From: Gammaproteobacteria bacterium
GTDB taxonomy: Bacteria; Pseudomonadota; Gammaproteobacteria; S144-34
NCBI GenBank assembly: GCA_026989495.1
Contig: JALSJE010000054.1
Span: forward strand, 5,271-69,270
Direction of reading: 5' to 3'
DNA: 64,000 nt
The position numbers and the translations under genes were made by a program. Each line of letters begins with the position of its first letter. Position 1 is the stretch's first letter. The notes under the pieces are model-generated. The model saw only the letters and a program-made list of their open reading frames with translations, did not search any database and was not told where the DNA came from. Shown here piece after piece: positions 1-9,665 of the stretch.

Positions 1-249
1 CACCGCAGCCACGGCCTCGCCACTGCGGTTCATGTAGGTGAGCGGCTCGAGCAGGCGCAGGTCGTGGCCGTCCACCTCTGCGCGCGCGAGCAGCGCGTGG
101 AAGCGCGGCTCCTCGCGCAGGACCACGCCCGCGCGCCGCGCCAGCGCCTCCACGAACCAGAAGCCTGCGTTGTGGCGGGTGGCCTCGTAGCGGGGCCCGG
201 GGTTGCCGAGCCCCGCCACCAGGGCGATGCCCGCGTCCGTGCCGGCCAC
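1..249 (-). CDS. pth: peptidyl-tRNA hydrolase, 5' part (gene runs off the left edge)
   Basis: My own minus-strand translation from GTG at 249 reads [41 protein letters not shown]...[24 protein letters not shown] is the Pth N-terminal signature. It lies directly downstream of rplY, as in prs-rplY-pth. Confidence 0.85.
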   Translation of the reverse strand, partial: MAGTDAGIALVAGLGNPGPRYEATRHNAGFWFVEALARRAGVVLREEPRFHALLARAEVDGHDLRLLEPLTYMNRSGEAVAAV

Positions 250-259
250 GGGTGGCGGG

Positions 260-904
260 TCAGGCGGCCTCGCCCTCGCCGCCCTCGGCGGCCTCGCCGC
301 CGCCCTCGCCCTCCTCCTCGGCGCCGCGGCGCGCGTGGATGGAGACCACGGCCACGTCATGCTCGGGCCCGCGCAGCAGCTCGACGAGCTGCACCCCGTC
401 GGGAAGCTTGAGGTCGGACAGGTGCAGCGCCTCGCCCAGACCGAGGCCGGAGACGTCCACCTCGATGTACTCCGGCAGGTCCTTGGGCAGGCACTCCACC
501 TCGACCTCGATGAGCTCATGGGTGAGGAGCCCGCCCTGCTTGACGCCGGGGGCCACGTCCTCGCCCACGAAGTGCAGGGGCACGTGCATGCGGATGGCCT
601 CGGTCTCGCTCACGCGCTGGAAATCGAGGTGCAGCACGCGCGGCTTCCAGGGATGGCGCTGGATATCCTTGAGCACCACGCGCTCCTCGCGCCCGTCGTC
701 GAAGCGCAGCACGAGGATGTGCGAGTAGAACGCCTCGTGCTCGAGCTGGCGGGCGAGCTCGTGCTCGTCCACCACGATGGGCTCGGGATCGCGGTGCGCG
801 CCGTAGACGATGGCGGGCACCTTGCCGGCCCGACGCAGGCGGCGGCTCGCACCTTTCCCCACGTCGCTGCGCGGCTCGGCCTTCAGCTCGAAGGTCGTGG
901 TCAT
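260..904 (-). CDS. rplY: 50S ribosomal protein L25/general stress protein Ctc
   Basis: ORF 260..1423(-) trimmed to the ATG at 904 ([35 protein letters not shown]...). L25/Ctc family with an acidic Gly/Glu tail. The longer ORF prefix is Arg/Gly junk. Confidence 0.93.
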   Translation of the reverse strand: MTTTFELKAEPRSDVGKGASRRLRRAGKVPAIVYGAHRDPEPIVVDEHELARQLEHEAFYSHILVLRFDDGREERVVLKDIQRHPWKPRVLHLDFQRVSETEAIRMHVPLHFVGEDVAPGVKQGGLLTHELIEVEVECLPKDLPEYIEVDVSGLGLGEALHLSDLKLPDGVQLVELLRGPEHDVAVVSIHARRGAEEEGEGGGEAAEGGEGEAA

Positions 905-995
905 GGCTCTCTCCTTACGTGTCACGGCGGCCCGCGGCCGCCTTCCACGCCCGCTGCCGCCCGCGACCAGGCGGCACCGGGCACCCATCGGACCG

Positions 996-1151
996 GGCGC
1001 CCTGGAAACCCCGTTTTCAGGGCGCCCGCCGCGGCCACGGACGGCCGCGGCAAGACTCATGCACATGGAGGTGCATGGCGATGCTACCGAAAACCAGAAT
1101 GTCCGCGAAGCACCTCGGCACCGGCCGGCACCGCGCAGCGGTGCCGGCCGG
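996..1151 (+). repeat. copy 1 of a ~155-nt multi-hairpin intergenic element (second copy at 9490..9644)
   Basis: Aligns colinearly with 9490..9644. Shared exact blocks are ggacggccgcgg, catgcaca, atggcga, cagaatg, ccgcgaagcac and ccgcgcagcgg. Three hairpins occur at equivalent positions. Confidence 0.75.
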
Positions 1152-1161
1152 AGTCTTTCCG

Positions 1162-2100
1162 TCAGTCCACGAAGAGCGAGCTCACCGACTCCTCGGTGTG
1201 GATGCGGTACATGGTCTCGGCCAGCATCTCCGCCACCGAGAGCTGGCGGATGCGCTTGCAGGCCTTGGCCTCGGGCCGCAGCGGGATGGTGTCGGTGACC
1301 ACCAGCTCGTCGAGGACGGAGCTCTCGATGTTGGCCACCGCCGGACCCGAGAGCACCGGGTGCGTGCAGTAGGCAACCACCCGCTTGGCTCCGTGCTCCT
1401 TGAGGGCGCGGGCGGCCTCGCACAGCGTGCCGGCGGTGTCGACGAGGTCGTCGATGACGATGCAGGTGCGGCCCTCGACCTCGCCGATGATGTGCATGAC
1501 CTTGGCCTCGTTGGGGCGCGGGCGGCGCTTGTCGATGATGGCGAGCTCGGCGTCGTCGAGCCGCTTGGCGAGCGCGCGCGCACGCACCACGCCGCCCACG
1601 TCCGGCGAGACCACGATGATGTCCTCGTACTTCTGCCGCCAGATGTCGCCCAGCAGGATGGGCGAGGCGTAGACGTTGTCCACCGGGATGTCGAAGAAGC
1701 CCTGGATCTGGTCGGCATGCAGGTCCACGGTGAGCACGCGGTGGGCGCCGGCGCTCTGGATCATGTTGGCCACCAGCTTGGCCGAGATGGGCACGCGCGC
1801 CGAGCGTGGGCGACGGTCCTGGCGCGAGTAGCCGAAGTAGGGGATGACGGTGGTGATGCGGTAGGCCGAGGAGCGGCGGATGGCGTCCACCATCACGAGC
1901 AGCTCCATGAGGTAGTCGTTGGTGGGCGCGCAGGTGGGCTGCACGATGAACACGTCCTTGCCGCGGACGTGCTCCATGATCTCGACCATGACCTCGCCGT
2001 CGCTGAAGCGGCCCACCACGGCCTTGCCCAGCGGCAGGTTGAGGTAGTTGGCGATGTCCTGCGCGAGCTGCGGGTTGGCATTGCCCGCGAAGACCATCAT
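1162..2100 (-). CDS. prs: ribose-phosphate pyrophosphokinase
   Basis: ORF 1162..2316(-) trimmed to ATGATG at 2100 ([37 protein letters not shown]...[11 protein letters not shown]...[11 protein letters not shown]). Classic PRPP synthetase motifs. Confidence 0.96.
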   Translation of the reverse strand: MMVFAGNANPQLAQDIANYLNLPLGKAVVGRFSDGEVMVEIMEHVRGKDVFIVQPTCAPTNDYLMELLVMVDAIRRSSAYRITTVIPYFGYSRQDRRPRSARVPISAKLVANMIQSAGAHRVLTVDLHADQIQGFFDIPVDNVYASPILLGDIWRQKYEDIIVVSPDVGGVVRARALAKRLDDAELAIIDKRRPRPNEAKVMHIIGEVEGRTCIVIDDLVDTAGTLCEAARALKEHGAKRVVAYCTHPVLSGPAVANIESSVLDELVVTDTIPLRPEAKACKRIRQLSVAEMLAETMYRIHTEESVSSLFVD

Positions 2101-2225
2101 GCGCGCGTCAGCCACGCGGCCCCCCCTCACCGGCGCCCGAGACCGGAGCACGGCTGCACCTCGGCCTGAACGAAAGAAGAAATCCGCCACCACCGCCCGC
2201 GCCGCCCGCGGGCGCCCCCTGAGCA

Positions 2226-2300
2226 TGGCTGGGGCGGCAGGATTCGAACCTGCGAATGCCGGGACCAAAACCCGGTGCCTTACCGCTTGGCGACGCCCCA
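2226..2300 (-). tRNA. tRNA-Gln (anticodon UUG)
   Basis: The reverse complement reads tggggcgtcgccaagcggtaaggcaccgggttttggtcccggcattcgcaggttcgaatcctgccgccccagcca. Acceptor stem is tggggcg/cgcccca. Anticodon stem is ccggg/cccgg with loop ttTTGgt. T arm is gcagg-ttcgaat-cctgc, and CCA is encoded. Very close to E. coli tRNA-Gln and sits between prs and ispE. Confidence 0.95.
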
Positions 2301-2325
2301 GCGGCAGTTGCGGCACCCGCCGCCC

Positions 2326-3174
2326 TCAGCCCCTCGCGGCACGCTCCCGCAGGGGAGAGCGGTCGAGCCCGCGCACCACGAAGCCGCGCCAGCCGGCCGG
2401 CAGGCCCGCGAGCGCGGCGCGCGCCTCGTCCGCGCACGCGAAGGCGGCGTAGACCGAGGCGCCGGTGCCCGTCAGCCGCGCCGCGCCGCGCCGGCCCAGC
2501 CAGTCCAGGGCCTCGCCCACCAAGGGCCAGCGGCGGCGCACCACAGGCTCGCAGACGTTGCGCCCACCCCCCGCGAGGAAGTGGGATATTGTGATGGGGG
2601 GGCAGTCGCGTGTCAACGCGGGGTCGGCGAAAACCTCGGCCGTGGAGACACTTACAGGAGGCGTCACGATCGCGTACCAGCGCTCGCCGAGCGCCAGCGG
2701 CTCGAGCCGCTCGCCCACGCCCTCGGCCCAGGCGCTGCGCCCATGCACGAACACGGGCACATCCGCGCCCAGCTCGAGGGCCAGCGCCGCCAGCGCGTCG
2801 ATCCCCATGTCCAGCCCCCAGAGCCGATCGAGGGCCACGAGCACGGTGGCGGCGTCCGAGCTCGCCCCGCCCAGACCGCCGCCCGCGGGGATGCGCTTCT
2901 CGATGCGGATCTCGGCCCCGCGGCACACGCCCGCGCGCGCCTGCAGGAGCCGGGCGGCGCGCACGGCGAGATCCCGGCCTTCGGGCACCCCGGCCGGTCC
3001 CCGGGGGCGGCGGATGGCGGGGGCGCGGGTGGGCTCGATCCAGAGCCGATCACAGAGATCGATGAGCTGGAAGACGGTCTGGAGCAGGTGGTAGCCGTCG
3101 GCGCGGCGGCCGACGACGTGGAGGAAGAGGTTCAGCTTGGCCGGCGCGGGCCAGGACTCGGCGGCAGCGCTCAT
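2326..3174 (-). CDS. ispE: 4-diphosphocytidyl-2-C-methyl-D-erythritol kinase
   Basis: ORF 2326..3732(-) trimmed to the ATG at 3174 (MSAAAESWPAPAKLNLFLHVVGRRADGYHLLQTVF...IPAGGGLGGASSDAA). GHMP kinase motif, with lolB-ispE-prs synteny. Confidence 0.94.
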   Translation of the reverse strand: MSAAAESWPAPAKLNLFLHVVGRRADGYHLLQTVFQLIDLCDRLWIEPTRAPAIRRPRGPAGVPEGRDLAVRAARLLQARAGVCRGAEIRIEKRIPAGGGLGGASSDAATVLVALDRLWGLDMGIDALAALALELGADVPVFVHGRSAWAEGVGERLEPLALGERWYAIVTPPVSVSTAEVFADPALTRDCPPITISHFLAGGGRNVCEPVVRRRWPLVGEALDWLGRRGAARLTGTGASVYAAFACADEARAALAGLPAGWRGFVVRGLDRSPLRERAARG

Positions 3175-3779
3175 CCCGTCGCGTCCTGGCCCAGCGCCCA
3201 GCGGTCCACCACGAGCCGCACGCGCAGCGCTGCCCGCGAGAGCTCCAGCCGGCGCGGCAGCACCACGCCGGGCGCGGCCTCGCCAAAGGCCAGGTACCGC
3301 ACGGTCCAGCCCAGCTGCTCGAGGCGCACGGGCCGGCCGCCGGGGCCGGTCTCGAGGCGCGGCGCCGGCCCCGGGGCGGGCAGGCCCCGAGCCCACCAGC
3401 CCAGCGCCGCCACCGGCACCGGCAGGCCCGCGTGGCGGCCGAGCAGCACGGCCGCGTCCGGCGCCCACTCGCGCACCCCGCCCGGGGCCTCCAGCAGGGC
3501 ACCCCGGGCATCCGCCGTCAGCCGCAGGGCACGCCGGCCCAGGGGGTCGCGCAGCTCCAGGCGCCAGCCTTCGGGCCCATGGCGCCAGCGCAGGCGTGCG
3601 CTCCAGCCCTCGTCCCCGTGGCGCACGGCCACACGCCCCTCCAGCCGCCAGGCCGTGACGGCGGCCGCTTCCGCGCGGTAGGCCGCCCACCCCGCCCCGG
3701 TGCCGGGCGGGGCCTGGGGCACGGTGGCGCAACCCGCGAGCAGACCGAGCAGGCAGGCTGCAGGCAGGATGCGGGTCAC
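3171..3779 (-). CDS. lolB: outer-membrane lipoprotein LolB
   Basis: ORF 3171..3884(-). Lipobox LLAGC follows [12 protein letters not shown]. The GTG at 3779 overlaps the stop of the upstream TPR gene (GTGA), and its own stop overlaps the ispE start. The start codon choice is uncertain. Confidence 0.8.
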   Translation of the reverse strand: MTRILPAACLLGLLAGCATVPQAPPGTGAGWAAYRAEAAAVTAWRLEGRVAVRHGDEGWSARLRWRHGPEGWRLELRDPLGRRALRLTADARGALLEAPGGVREWAPDAAVLLGRHAGLPVPVAALGWWARGLPAPGPAPRLETGPGGRPVRLEQLGWTVRYLAFGEAAPGVVLPRRLELSRAALRVRLVVDRWALGQDATG

Positions 3780-5494
3780 TTGAGGAAGCGCCGCAGCACC
3801 CGGCGCAGGATCTCGCTCTCGGGCGACTCCTTGAGCGCGCTCTCCCACACCTGGCGCGCGGCGGGGCGGTCGCCCATCACCCACAGCACCTCGCCCAGGT
3901 GGGCGGCGATCTCGGGGTCGTTGGAGAGCTCGCGCGCCCGGCGCAGGTACTTGAGGGCGAGCTCGTAGTTGCCGAGGCGGTACTGCACCCAGCCCATGCT
4001 GTCGATGATGGCCGCGTTGTCCGGCTTGAGCTCCAGGGCGCGCCGGATGTAGCGCAGGGCCTCCTGGTAGCGGTCGGTGCGGTCGGCCAGCGTGTAGCCG
4101 AGGGCGTTGAGGGCGTGGACGTTGTCCGGGTCCTTGGCCAGGATGCGGCGCAGGTCGGCCTCGACCAGGTCGAGGCGGTCGAGCTTCTCGGCCACCAGGG
4201 CACGGGCGTAGAGCAGGTCCGGATTGTCCGGCAGCTTCGCGAGCGCACGGGTGTAGAGCGCCAGGGCCTCGCGGTGACGCTTGTGCTCGGCGAGGATCTC
4301 GCCCTCGGCGAGGAAGAGGCGCACGGCGAGCGCCGGGTGCTGCCGCCGCATGGCCTTGAGCAGCGCGCGCGCGCCGGCCATGTCGCCCTTGCGCGCGCGC
4401 ACGCGCGCGATGCGCACCTGCGCGTCGAGCCGGTACTCGCCGCGCTGCACCCGGCCGAACCAGCGCAAGGCCTCGTCGTAGCGCTTGCGCGTCTCGAAGA
4501 TGCTGCCCAGGAAATACGCCGCCTCGTCACGCCGCTTGCCCATGGCGTACAGGCGCCCGAGATAGCGGACCGCGGCATCCCAATCGCGTGCCTCGATGGC
4601 GAGCAGCCCCAGGGCGTGGATGACGTCGGGGTCATCCGGGCGCAGGGCGTTGAGGCGGCTGAACTCGGCGCGCGCCTCGTCGAAGCGGCGCGCCTCGACC
4701 AGCATGCGCGCGTAGGCGAGCCCCAGGCGCCAGTCCTTGGGACGTGCGTGGGCGCCGCGGCGCAGGTCGGCGAGGGCCTCGTCGCGGCGATCCAGCCGGA
4801 CCAGGGCGCGGGCCCGCACCAGCAGGGCCTCGGTCCAGGCGGGCCGGCGGTGCAGGGCCTCGTCCGCGGCGGCGAGGGCGGCCTCGGACTTGCCGGCGTG
4901 GAGGGCGAGCCGCGCATAGGCCAGGTGGGCCTCGGGCCTCGTGGCCGCCTCGCGCCGCAGCCGGTCCATCACGGCCAGCGCCCGCTCGCGGTCCTTCTCA
5001 CGCGCGAGCACGGCGGCAACCGTGTCGAAGGCGCGCTCGCCGCCGGCCTTCAGCACCTCACGAAGCTGGGCGAGGGCGTCGTCGGTGCGCCCGGTGCGCA
5101 CGTAGAGGATGGCGAGCGTCTGGCGCGCGTCCAGGTCGCCGGGGGCGAGCGCCACCCAGCGCTCGGCGGCGGCGATGGCCCCGGCCTGGCGGCGGGCGTA
5201 GACCGCGATGCGCGTGGCGCGCGCGGCGACACGGGGATCACGCGCAAGCCGCGCGGCCTCGAGGTAGTGCCGTACGGCCACGTCCAGCGCATCGCGCTGG
5301 CCGGCGATCTCGCCCACCAGGATGTGGTACATGAGGGGATCGGCCGGCGGCTCCTCCTCCCCGGCCGCGGCCGCGGCGGGCGCCGGCGCGGGCGCCTCGA
5401 CGGGGGCGGGGGCCCGCCCCCCGGGCAGGACGGCGCACCCGCCCAGCAGGAGGGCGGCTGCGAGGCTCAGGATCTGGCGGGCGCTCGCATCCAT
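3776..5494 (-). CDS. TPR-repeat lipoprotein (conserved partner upstream of lolB)
   Basis: ORF 3776..5539(-) trimmed to the ATG at 5494 ([25 protein letters not shown], lipobox LLGGC). It contains many TPR-like A..Y/L..A repeats. Divergent from hemA, as in Pseudomonas. Confidence 0.8.
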   Translation of the reverse strand: MDASARQILSLAAALLLGGCAVLPGGRAPAPVEAPAPAPAAAAAGEEEPPADPLMYHILVGEIAGQRDALDVAVRHYLEAARLARDPRVAARATRIAVYARRQAGAIAAAERWVALAPGDLDARQTLAILYVRTGRTDDALAQLREVLKAGGERAFDTVAAVLAREKDRERALAVMDRLRREAATRPEAHLAYARLALHAGKSEAALAAADEALHRRPAWTEALLVRARALVRLDRRDEALADLRRGAHARPKDWRLGLAYARMLVEARRFDEARAEFSRLNALRPDDPDVIHALGLLAIEARDWDAAVRYLGRLYAMGKRRDEAAYFLGSIFETRKRYDEALRWFGRVQRGEYRLDAQVRIARVRARKGDMAGARALLKAMRRQHPALAVRLFLAEGEILAEHKRHREALALYTRALAKLPDNPDLLYARALVAEKLDRLDLVEADLRRILAKDPDNVHALNALGYTLADRTDRYQEALRYIRRALELKPDNAAIIDSMGWVQYRLGNYELALKYLRRARELSNDPEIAAHLGEVLWVMGDRPAARQVWESALKESPESEILRRVLRRFLK

Positions 5495-5703
5495 CTTGAT
5501 TTGGCGGCCGGGGCCTCGTCCCCAAATATACAGGACCATGGCCCCGCCGCGGGGCCTCCTGTCACACTTATCGGCCCGCTCGCGCCGGCCCTCGCCCGGC
5601 CGTCAGGCCCGCAGGCCGAGAGAGCGCCTCCGCCTCTCCTTGTCTTGGTCCATCATATGCACCAAGATTGCGCGTTCGGGCCGAATTCGTGACCGCCGCC
5701 TCC

Positions 5704-6969
5704 ATGACCCTCATCGCCGTGGGCCTGAACCACCGCACGGCCCCCGTGGCCGTGCGCGAGCGCGTGGCCTTCCCGCCCGAGCGCCTCGCCGAGGCCCTGC
5801 GCGCCCTGGCGCGCCTGCCCGGCGTGGAGGAGGCGGCCATCCTCTCCACCTGCAACCGCACCGAGCTCTACTGCGGCCTAGCCCCCGGGACCGAGGAGCC
5901 CGTGAGCGGATGGCTGGTGCGCTTCCACCGCCTGGGCGGGCACGAGGTCGCCCCCTACCTCTATCGCCACCGCGACCGCGACATGGTGCGACACATGCTG
6001 CGCGTGGCCTCGGGGCTCGACTCCATGGTGCTCGGCGAGCCCCAGATCCTCGGGCAGGTGAAGGACGCCTACGAGGCCGCCGTGCGCGCGGGCACGGTGG
6101 GGCTGGTGCTCGGCCGCCTGTTCCAGCACACCTTCGCGGTGGCCAAGCAGGTGCGCACGGACACGCGCATCGGGGCGAGCCCCGTCTCGGTGGCCTTCGC
6201 CGCGGTGCGGCTCGCCCAGCAGATCTTCGGCGAGCTGGGCCGGCACGCGGTGCTGCTCATCGGCGCCGGCGAGACCATGGAGCTGGTGGCCCGCCACCTG
6301 CACGAAGGCGGGGTGCGGCGGGTGATCGTGGCCAACCGCAGCGTGCAGCGCGCGCGCGAGCTCGCCCGCCCCTACGGGGGCGAGGCCATCGGCCTGCCCG
6401 AGATCCCGGAGCGGCTGGCCGAGGCCGACATCGTCATCTCCTCCACGGCGAGCCCGCTGCCCATCCTCGGCAAGGGCGCGGTGGAGCGCGCGCTCAAGCG
6501 GCGCCGGCACCGGCCCATGTTCATGGTGGACCTCGCCGTGCCGCGCGACATCGAGCCCGAGGTGGGCGAGCTCGACGACGTGTACCTGTACACCGTGGAC
6601 GACATCGAGCAGGTGGTGCAGGAAGGCCTGCGGCTGCGGCACGAGGCCGCCGCCGAGGCCGAGGAGATCGTCGAGGCCCAGACCGAGCGCTTCATGGCCT
6701 GGCTGCGCGAGCGCTCCGCGGTGGGCACCATCCGCGCGCTGCGCGCGGGTGCCGACCAGGCCCGCGCCGAGGCCCTGGCGCGCGCGCGCCGCGCGCTCGC
6801 CGGCGGCGCTCCGCCGGAGGAGGCACTGGCGCTGCTCGCCCACACGCTCGCCAACAAGCTCCTGCACCGGCCCACGGTGACGCTGCGCCAGGCCGCCGCC
6901 GAGGGGCGCGCGGAGCTGCTCGCGGCCGCGCGCACCCTCTTCGGGCTGCCGGAGGAGGACGGGCCGTGA
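5704..6969 (+). CDS. hemA: glutamyl-tRNA reductase
   Basis: ORF 5668..6969(+) with the ATG at 5704 ([23 protein letters not shown]...STCNRTELY...[13 protein letters not shown]). Confidence 0.95.
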   Translation: MTLIAVGLNHRTAPVAVRERVAFPPERLAEALRALARLPGVEEAAILSTCNRTELYCGLAPGTEEPVSGWLVRFHRLGGHEVAPYLYRHRDRDMVRHMLRVASGLDSMVLGEPQILGQVKDAYEAAVRAGTVGLVLGRLFQHTFAVAKQVRTDTRIGASPVSVAFAAVRLAQQIFGELGRHAVLLIGAGETMELVARHLHEGGVRRVIVANRSVQRARELARPYGGEAIGLPEIPERLAEADIVISSTASPLPILGKGAVERALKRRRHRPMFMVDLAVPRDIEPEVGELDDVYLYTVDDIEQVVQEGLRLRHEAAAEAEEIVEAQTERFMAWLRERSAVGTIRALRAGADQARAEALARARRALAGGAPPEEALALLAHTLANKLLHRPTVTLRQAAAEGRAELLAAARTLFGLPEEDGP

Positions 6970-8054
6970 AGGCCTCCATGCGCGAGAAGCTCGAGGGGCT
7001 CGCGGCCCGTCAGGCGGCGCTGGCCGAGGCGCTGGCGCGCCCCGAGACGGCCGCCGACCCGCACCGCTACCGCGAGCTCGCCACCGAGCATGCCCAGCTC
7101 GAGCCCGTGGCCGCGGCCTGGCGTCGCTACCGCGAGGCCGAGGCCCGCGCCGCCGAGGCGCGCGCCCTGCTGGCCACTGAGCGAGACCCGGAGCTGCGCG
7201 CGCTCGCCCAGGAGGAGCTGGAGGCGGCCGAGGCCGAGCAGACGCGCCTCGAGGCCGAGCTCGCGCGCCTGCTGCTGCCGCGCGACCCCAACGACGAGCG
7301 CAACATCTTCCTGGAGATCCGCGCCGGCACCGGCGGCCATGAGGCGGCGCTGTTCGCCGGCGACCTCTTCCGCATGTACGCACGCTACGCCGAGCGCAGG
7401 GGCTGGAAAGTGGAGGTGCTCTCGGCCCACCCGGGCGAGCACGGCGGCTACAAGGAGATCATCGCGCGTATCGTCGGCCGCGGCGCCTGGTCACGCCTCA
7501 AGTTCGAGTCCGGCGTGCACCGGGTGCAGCGGGTGCCGGTCACCGAGTCGCAGGGCCGCATCCACACCTCGGCGTGCACGGTGGCGGTGCTGCCCGAGCT
7601 GCCCGAGGTGGAACGGGTGGAGATCGACCCCACGGCGCTGCGCATCGACACCTTCCGCGCCTCCGGCGCCGGCGGCCAGCACGTGAACAAGACCGAGTCG
7701 GCGGTGCGCATCACGCACCTGCCCACCGGCATCGTGGTCGAATGCCAGGACGAGCGCAGCCAGCACCAGAACAAGGCGCGCGCCCTCGCCCTGCTCGCGG
7801 CCAAGCTGCTCGAGCGCGAGCGCGAGCGCCAGCAGGCCGCGCAGGCGGCCGAGCGCCGCCGCCTGGTGGGCACGGGCGACCGCTCCGAGCGCATCCGCAC
7901 CTACAACTTCCCCCAGGGGCGGGTGACGGACCACCGCATCAACCTCACCCTGTACCGGCTCGAGGAGATCCTGGACGGGGACCTGGACGCCCTCATCGAT
8001 GCCCTCGCCGCCGAGCATCAGGCCGAGCAGCTCGCCGCCCTCACGGAGGCCTGA
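6966..8054 (+). CDS. prfA: peptide chain release factor 1
   Basis: This is the 3' part of ORF 5322..8054(+). The GTG at 6966 overlaps the hemA stop (GTGA); an alternative ATG lies at 6978. Contains [25 protein letters not shown] (GGQ motif) and [12 protein letters not shown]. Confidence 0.95.
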   Translation: MKASMREKLEGLAARQAALAEALARPETAADPHRYRELATEHAQLEPVAAAWRRYREAEARAAEARALLATERDPELRALAQEELEAAEAEQTRLEAELARLLLPRDPNDERNIFLEIRAGTGGHEAALFAGDLFRMYARYAERRGWKVEVLSAHPGEHGGYKEIIARIVGRGAWSRLKFESGVHRVQRVPVTESQGRIHTSACTVAVLPELPEVERVEIDPTALRIDTFRASGAGGQHVNKTESAVRITHLPTGIVVECQDERSQHQNKARALALLAAKLLERERERQQAAQAAERRRLVGTGDRSERIRTYNFPQGRVTDHRINLTLYRLEEILDGDLDALIDALAAEHQAEQLAALTEA

Positions 8055-8070
8055 TCCGCAGGGGCCGCCC

Positions 8071-8931
8071 GTGGCCACGGTGGGCGAGCTCGTGCGCGCC
8101 GCGCGCCGCCGGCTCCCGCCGGCGCTGTCGGGCGAGGCAGAGCTCCTGGTCGCTGCCGCCCTCGGGCTCGACCGTGCCCAGGTGCTCGCCTTTCCGGAAC
8201 GCGCGGTGGACGCCGCCGCCGCCCGCCGGTGCCTCGCCTGGATCGGCCGCCGCGCCGCCGGCGCGCCGCTCGCCTACCTCACGGGCCGGCGCGAGTTCTG
8301 GGGCCTCGAGCTGGAGGTGACGCCGGCGACGCTCGTGCCCCGTCCCGAAACCGAGACCCTGGTGGCGGCGGCGCTGGCGCGGCTGCCGGCGGGGCGCCCC
8401 GCGCGCGTGGCCGACCTGGGCACGGGGAGCGGGGCGGTGGCGCTCGCCATCGCGCGGGAGCGCCCCGAGGCCGAGCTGCTCGCCACGGACCGCTCGGAGG
8501 CGGCGCTCGCCGTGGCCCGGCGCAACGCCGCGCGCCTCGGGCTTGCGCGCGTGCGCTTCCGCGCCGGGGACTGGTGCGCCGCGCTCGCGGGCGAGCCACC
8601 CTTCGACCTGATCGTCGCCAACCCGCCCTACGTCGCCCTCGGCGATCCCGCCCTGCGCGCCGACGGCGTCCGCCACGAGCCGCGCGCGGCGCTCGCGGCC
8701 GGGCCGGACGGTCTCGATGCCATCCGCCGCATCGTCCACTGCGCCCCGGCCCACCTCGCCCCGGGCGGCTGGCTCCTGCTCGAGCATGGCGCCTGCCAGG
8801 GCGCGGCCGTGCGCGCGCTCCTGGCCCGCCGCGGGCTCGTGGCGGTGGAGACCCTGCGCGACCTCGCCGGCCTGGAGCGCGTCACCGGCGCACGGCGTGG
8901 CGAGACCGGAGACGGGGTGCACGAGGCGTGA
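8071..8931 (+). CDS. prmC: release-factor glutamine N5-methyltransferase
   Basis: ORF 7999..8931(+) with a probable GTG start at 8071 (VATVGELV...). Contains the DLGTGSGAVA SAM motif and the IVANPPYV (NPPY) motif. hemA-prfA-prmC synteny. Confidence 0.92.
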   Translation: MATVGELVRAARRRLPPALSGEAELLVAAALGLDRAQVLAFPERAVDAAAARRCLAWIGRRAAGAPLAYLTGRREFWGLELEVTPATLVPRPETETLVAAALARLPAGRPARVADLGTGSGAVALAIARERPEAELLATDRSEAALAVARRNAARLGLARVRFRAGDWCAALAGEPPFDLIVANPPYVALGDPALRADGVRHEPRAALAAGPDGLDAIRRIVHCAPAHLAPGGWLLLEHGACQGAAVRALLARRGLVAVETLRDLAGLERVTGARRGETGDGVHEA

Positions 8932-8975
8932 CGGCGTGCGCTTGCAAGCCCCGGGGGGCAGGCTAGGATTGGGGC

Positions 8976-9392
8976 ATGGGCGCCGAGGAGCAGGGCGAGT
9001 CCTACGTCCGCACCCGCGAGATCCGCTTCCGGGGGCCGCACCGCGAGCCGGACCAGGCCCGGGCGGCGGCCCTGCTGCTCGCCGGCTGCGAGGGGGTGCG
9101 CGAGGTGCGTCCCATCACGCCCGAGTGCCTGCAGGTCAGCTACGATCTGCGCCACACCTGCCTGGAGACCCTGGAGAGGCGGGTGGCCGACCATGGGCTG
9201 CACCTCGACGGGAGCCTGCTCACGCGTCTCAAGCGCGCCCTCTGGTACTACTCCGACGAGACCGTGCGCGCGGGCCTCGGCTGCGAGCGGGGAAGGGCCA
9301 ACTGCACCGAGCGCGTCTTCGTGCAGCAGTACCGCCGCCAGCGCCACGGCTGCCGTGACAGCCGGCCCGAGCATTGGCGCCGTTACCTGTAG
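8976..9392 (+). CDS. hypothetical Cys-rich small protein (138 aa)
   Basis: ORF 8976..9392(+) has protein-like composition (W/Y/F/L present) and seven Cys, including CERGRANC. I recognise no family. Lies between prmC and moeB. Confidence 0.55.
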   Translation: MGAEEQGESYVRTREIRFRGPHREPDQARAAALLLAGCEGVREVRPITPECLQVSYDLRHTCLETLERRVADHGLHLDGSLLTRLKRALWYYSDETVRAGLGCERGRANCTERVFVQQYRRQRHGCRDSRPEHWRRYL

Positions 9393-9489
9393 CGGCGAGG
9401 TCCACGCAGCGGGCCGCCGGGGAAATGCAGCCATCCTTCCCCGGCCGCTTGCCGCTCCCCGCGCCGGATGCGAAAGCTCTGAAAAATCC

Positions 9490-9644
9490 GGAAGCCCTGA
9501 AAAAGCCGGTTTTTCAGGGCTTCCCCGCGGCCAGGGACGGCCGCGGAATGCCCCATGCACAGGGAAGCGTATGGCGAATCAAGGAAAATCAGAATGACCG
9601 CGAAGCACTATCGCGCTGATCAATCCGCGCAGCGGATTGATCAG
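9490..9644 (+). repeat. copy 2 of the ~155-nt multi-hairpin intergenic element
   Basis: Same block order as 996..1151. Hairpins are ggaagccctgaaaaa/tttttcagggcttcc, ccgcggcc/ggccgcgg and ctgatcaatccgc-gca-gcggattgatcag. Confidence 0.75.
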
Positions 9645-9665
9645 AGTTTCCATGCGAATGAACGC

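Noticed and set aside
203-1372. A plus-strand 389-aa ORF spanning the pth/rplY/prs region.
   Set aside because: It is antisense to three well-supported genes and has no recognisable motifs. It is a high-GC artefact.
5322-6965. The 548-codon N-terminal extension of the ORF that contains prfA (ORF 5322..8054, 910 aa).
   Set aside because: This part overlaps hemA in another frame and translates to Arg/Ala/Pro junk. RF1 homology begins only at 6966, where the GTG overlaps the hemA stop.
6966-8054. A possible programmed +1 frameshift in the release-factor gene.
   Set aside because: The protein is RF1 (PVT-type, with hemA-prfA-prmC context) and its frame is uninterrupted. The autoregulatory frameshift is a feature of prfB (RF2), which is not present here.
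9393-9665. A possible Moco riboswitch or gene-specific leader upstream of moeB.
   Set aside because: The structured sequence here recurs in the unrelated prs-rplY spacer, and I could not see the Moco-motif consensus. It is treated as a repeat/sRNA candidate instead.
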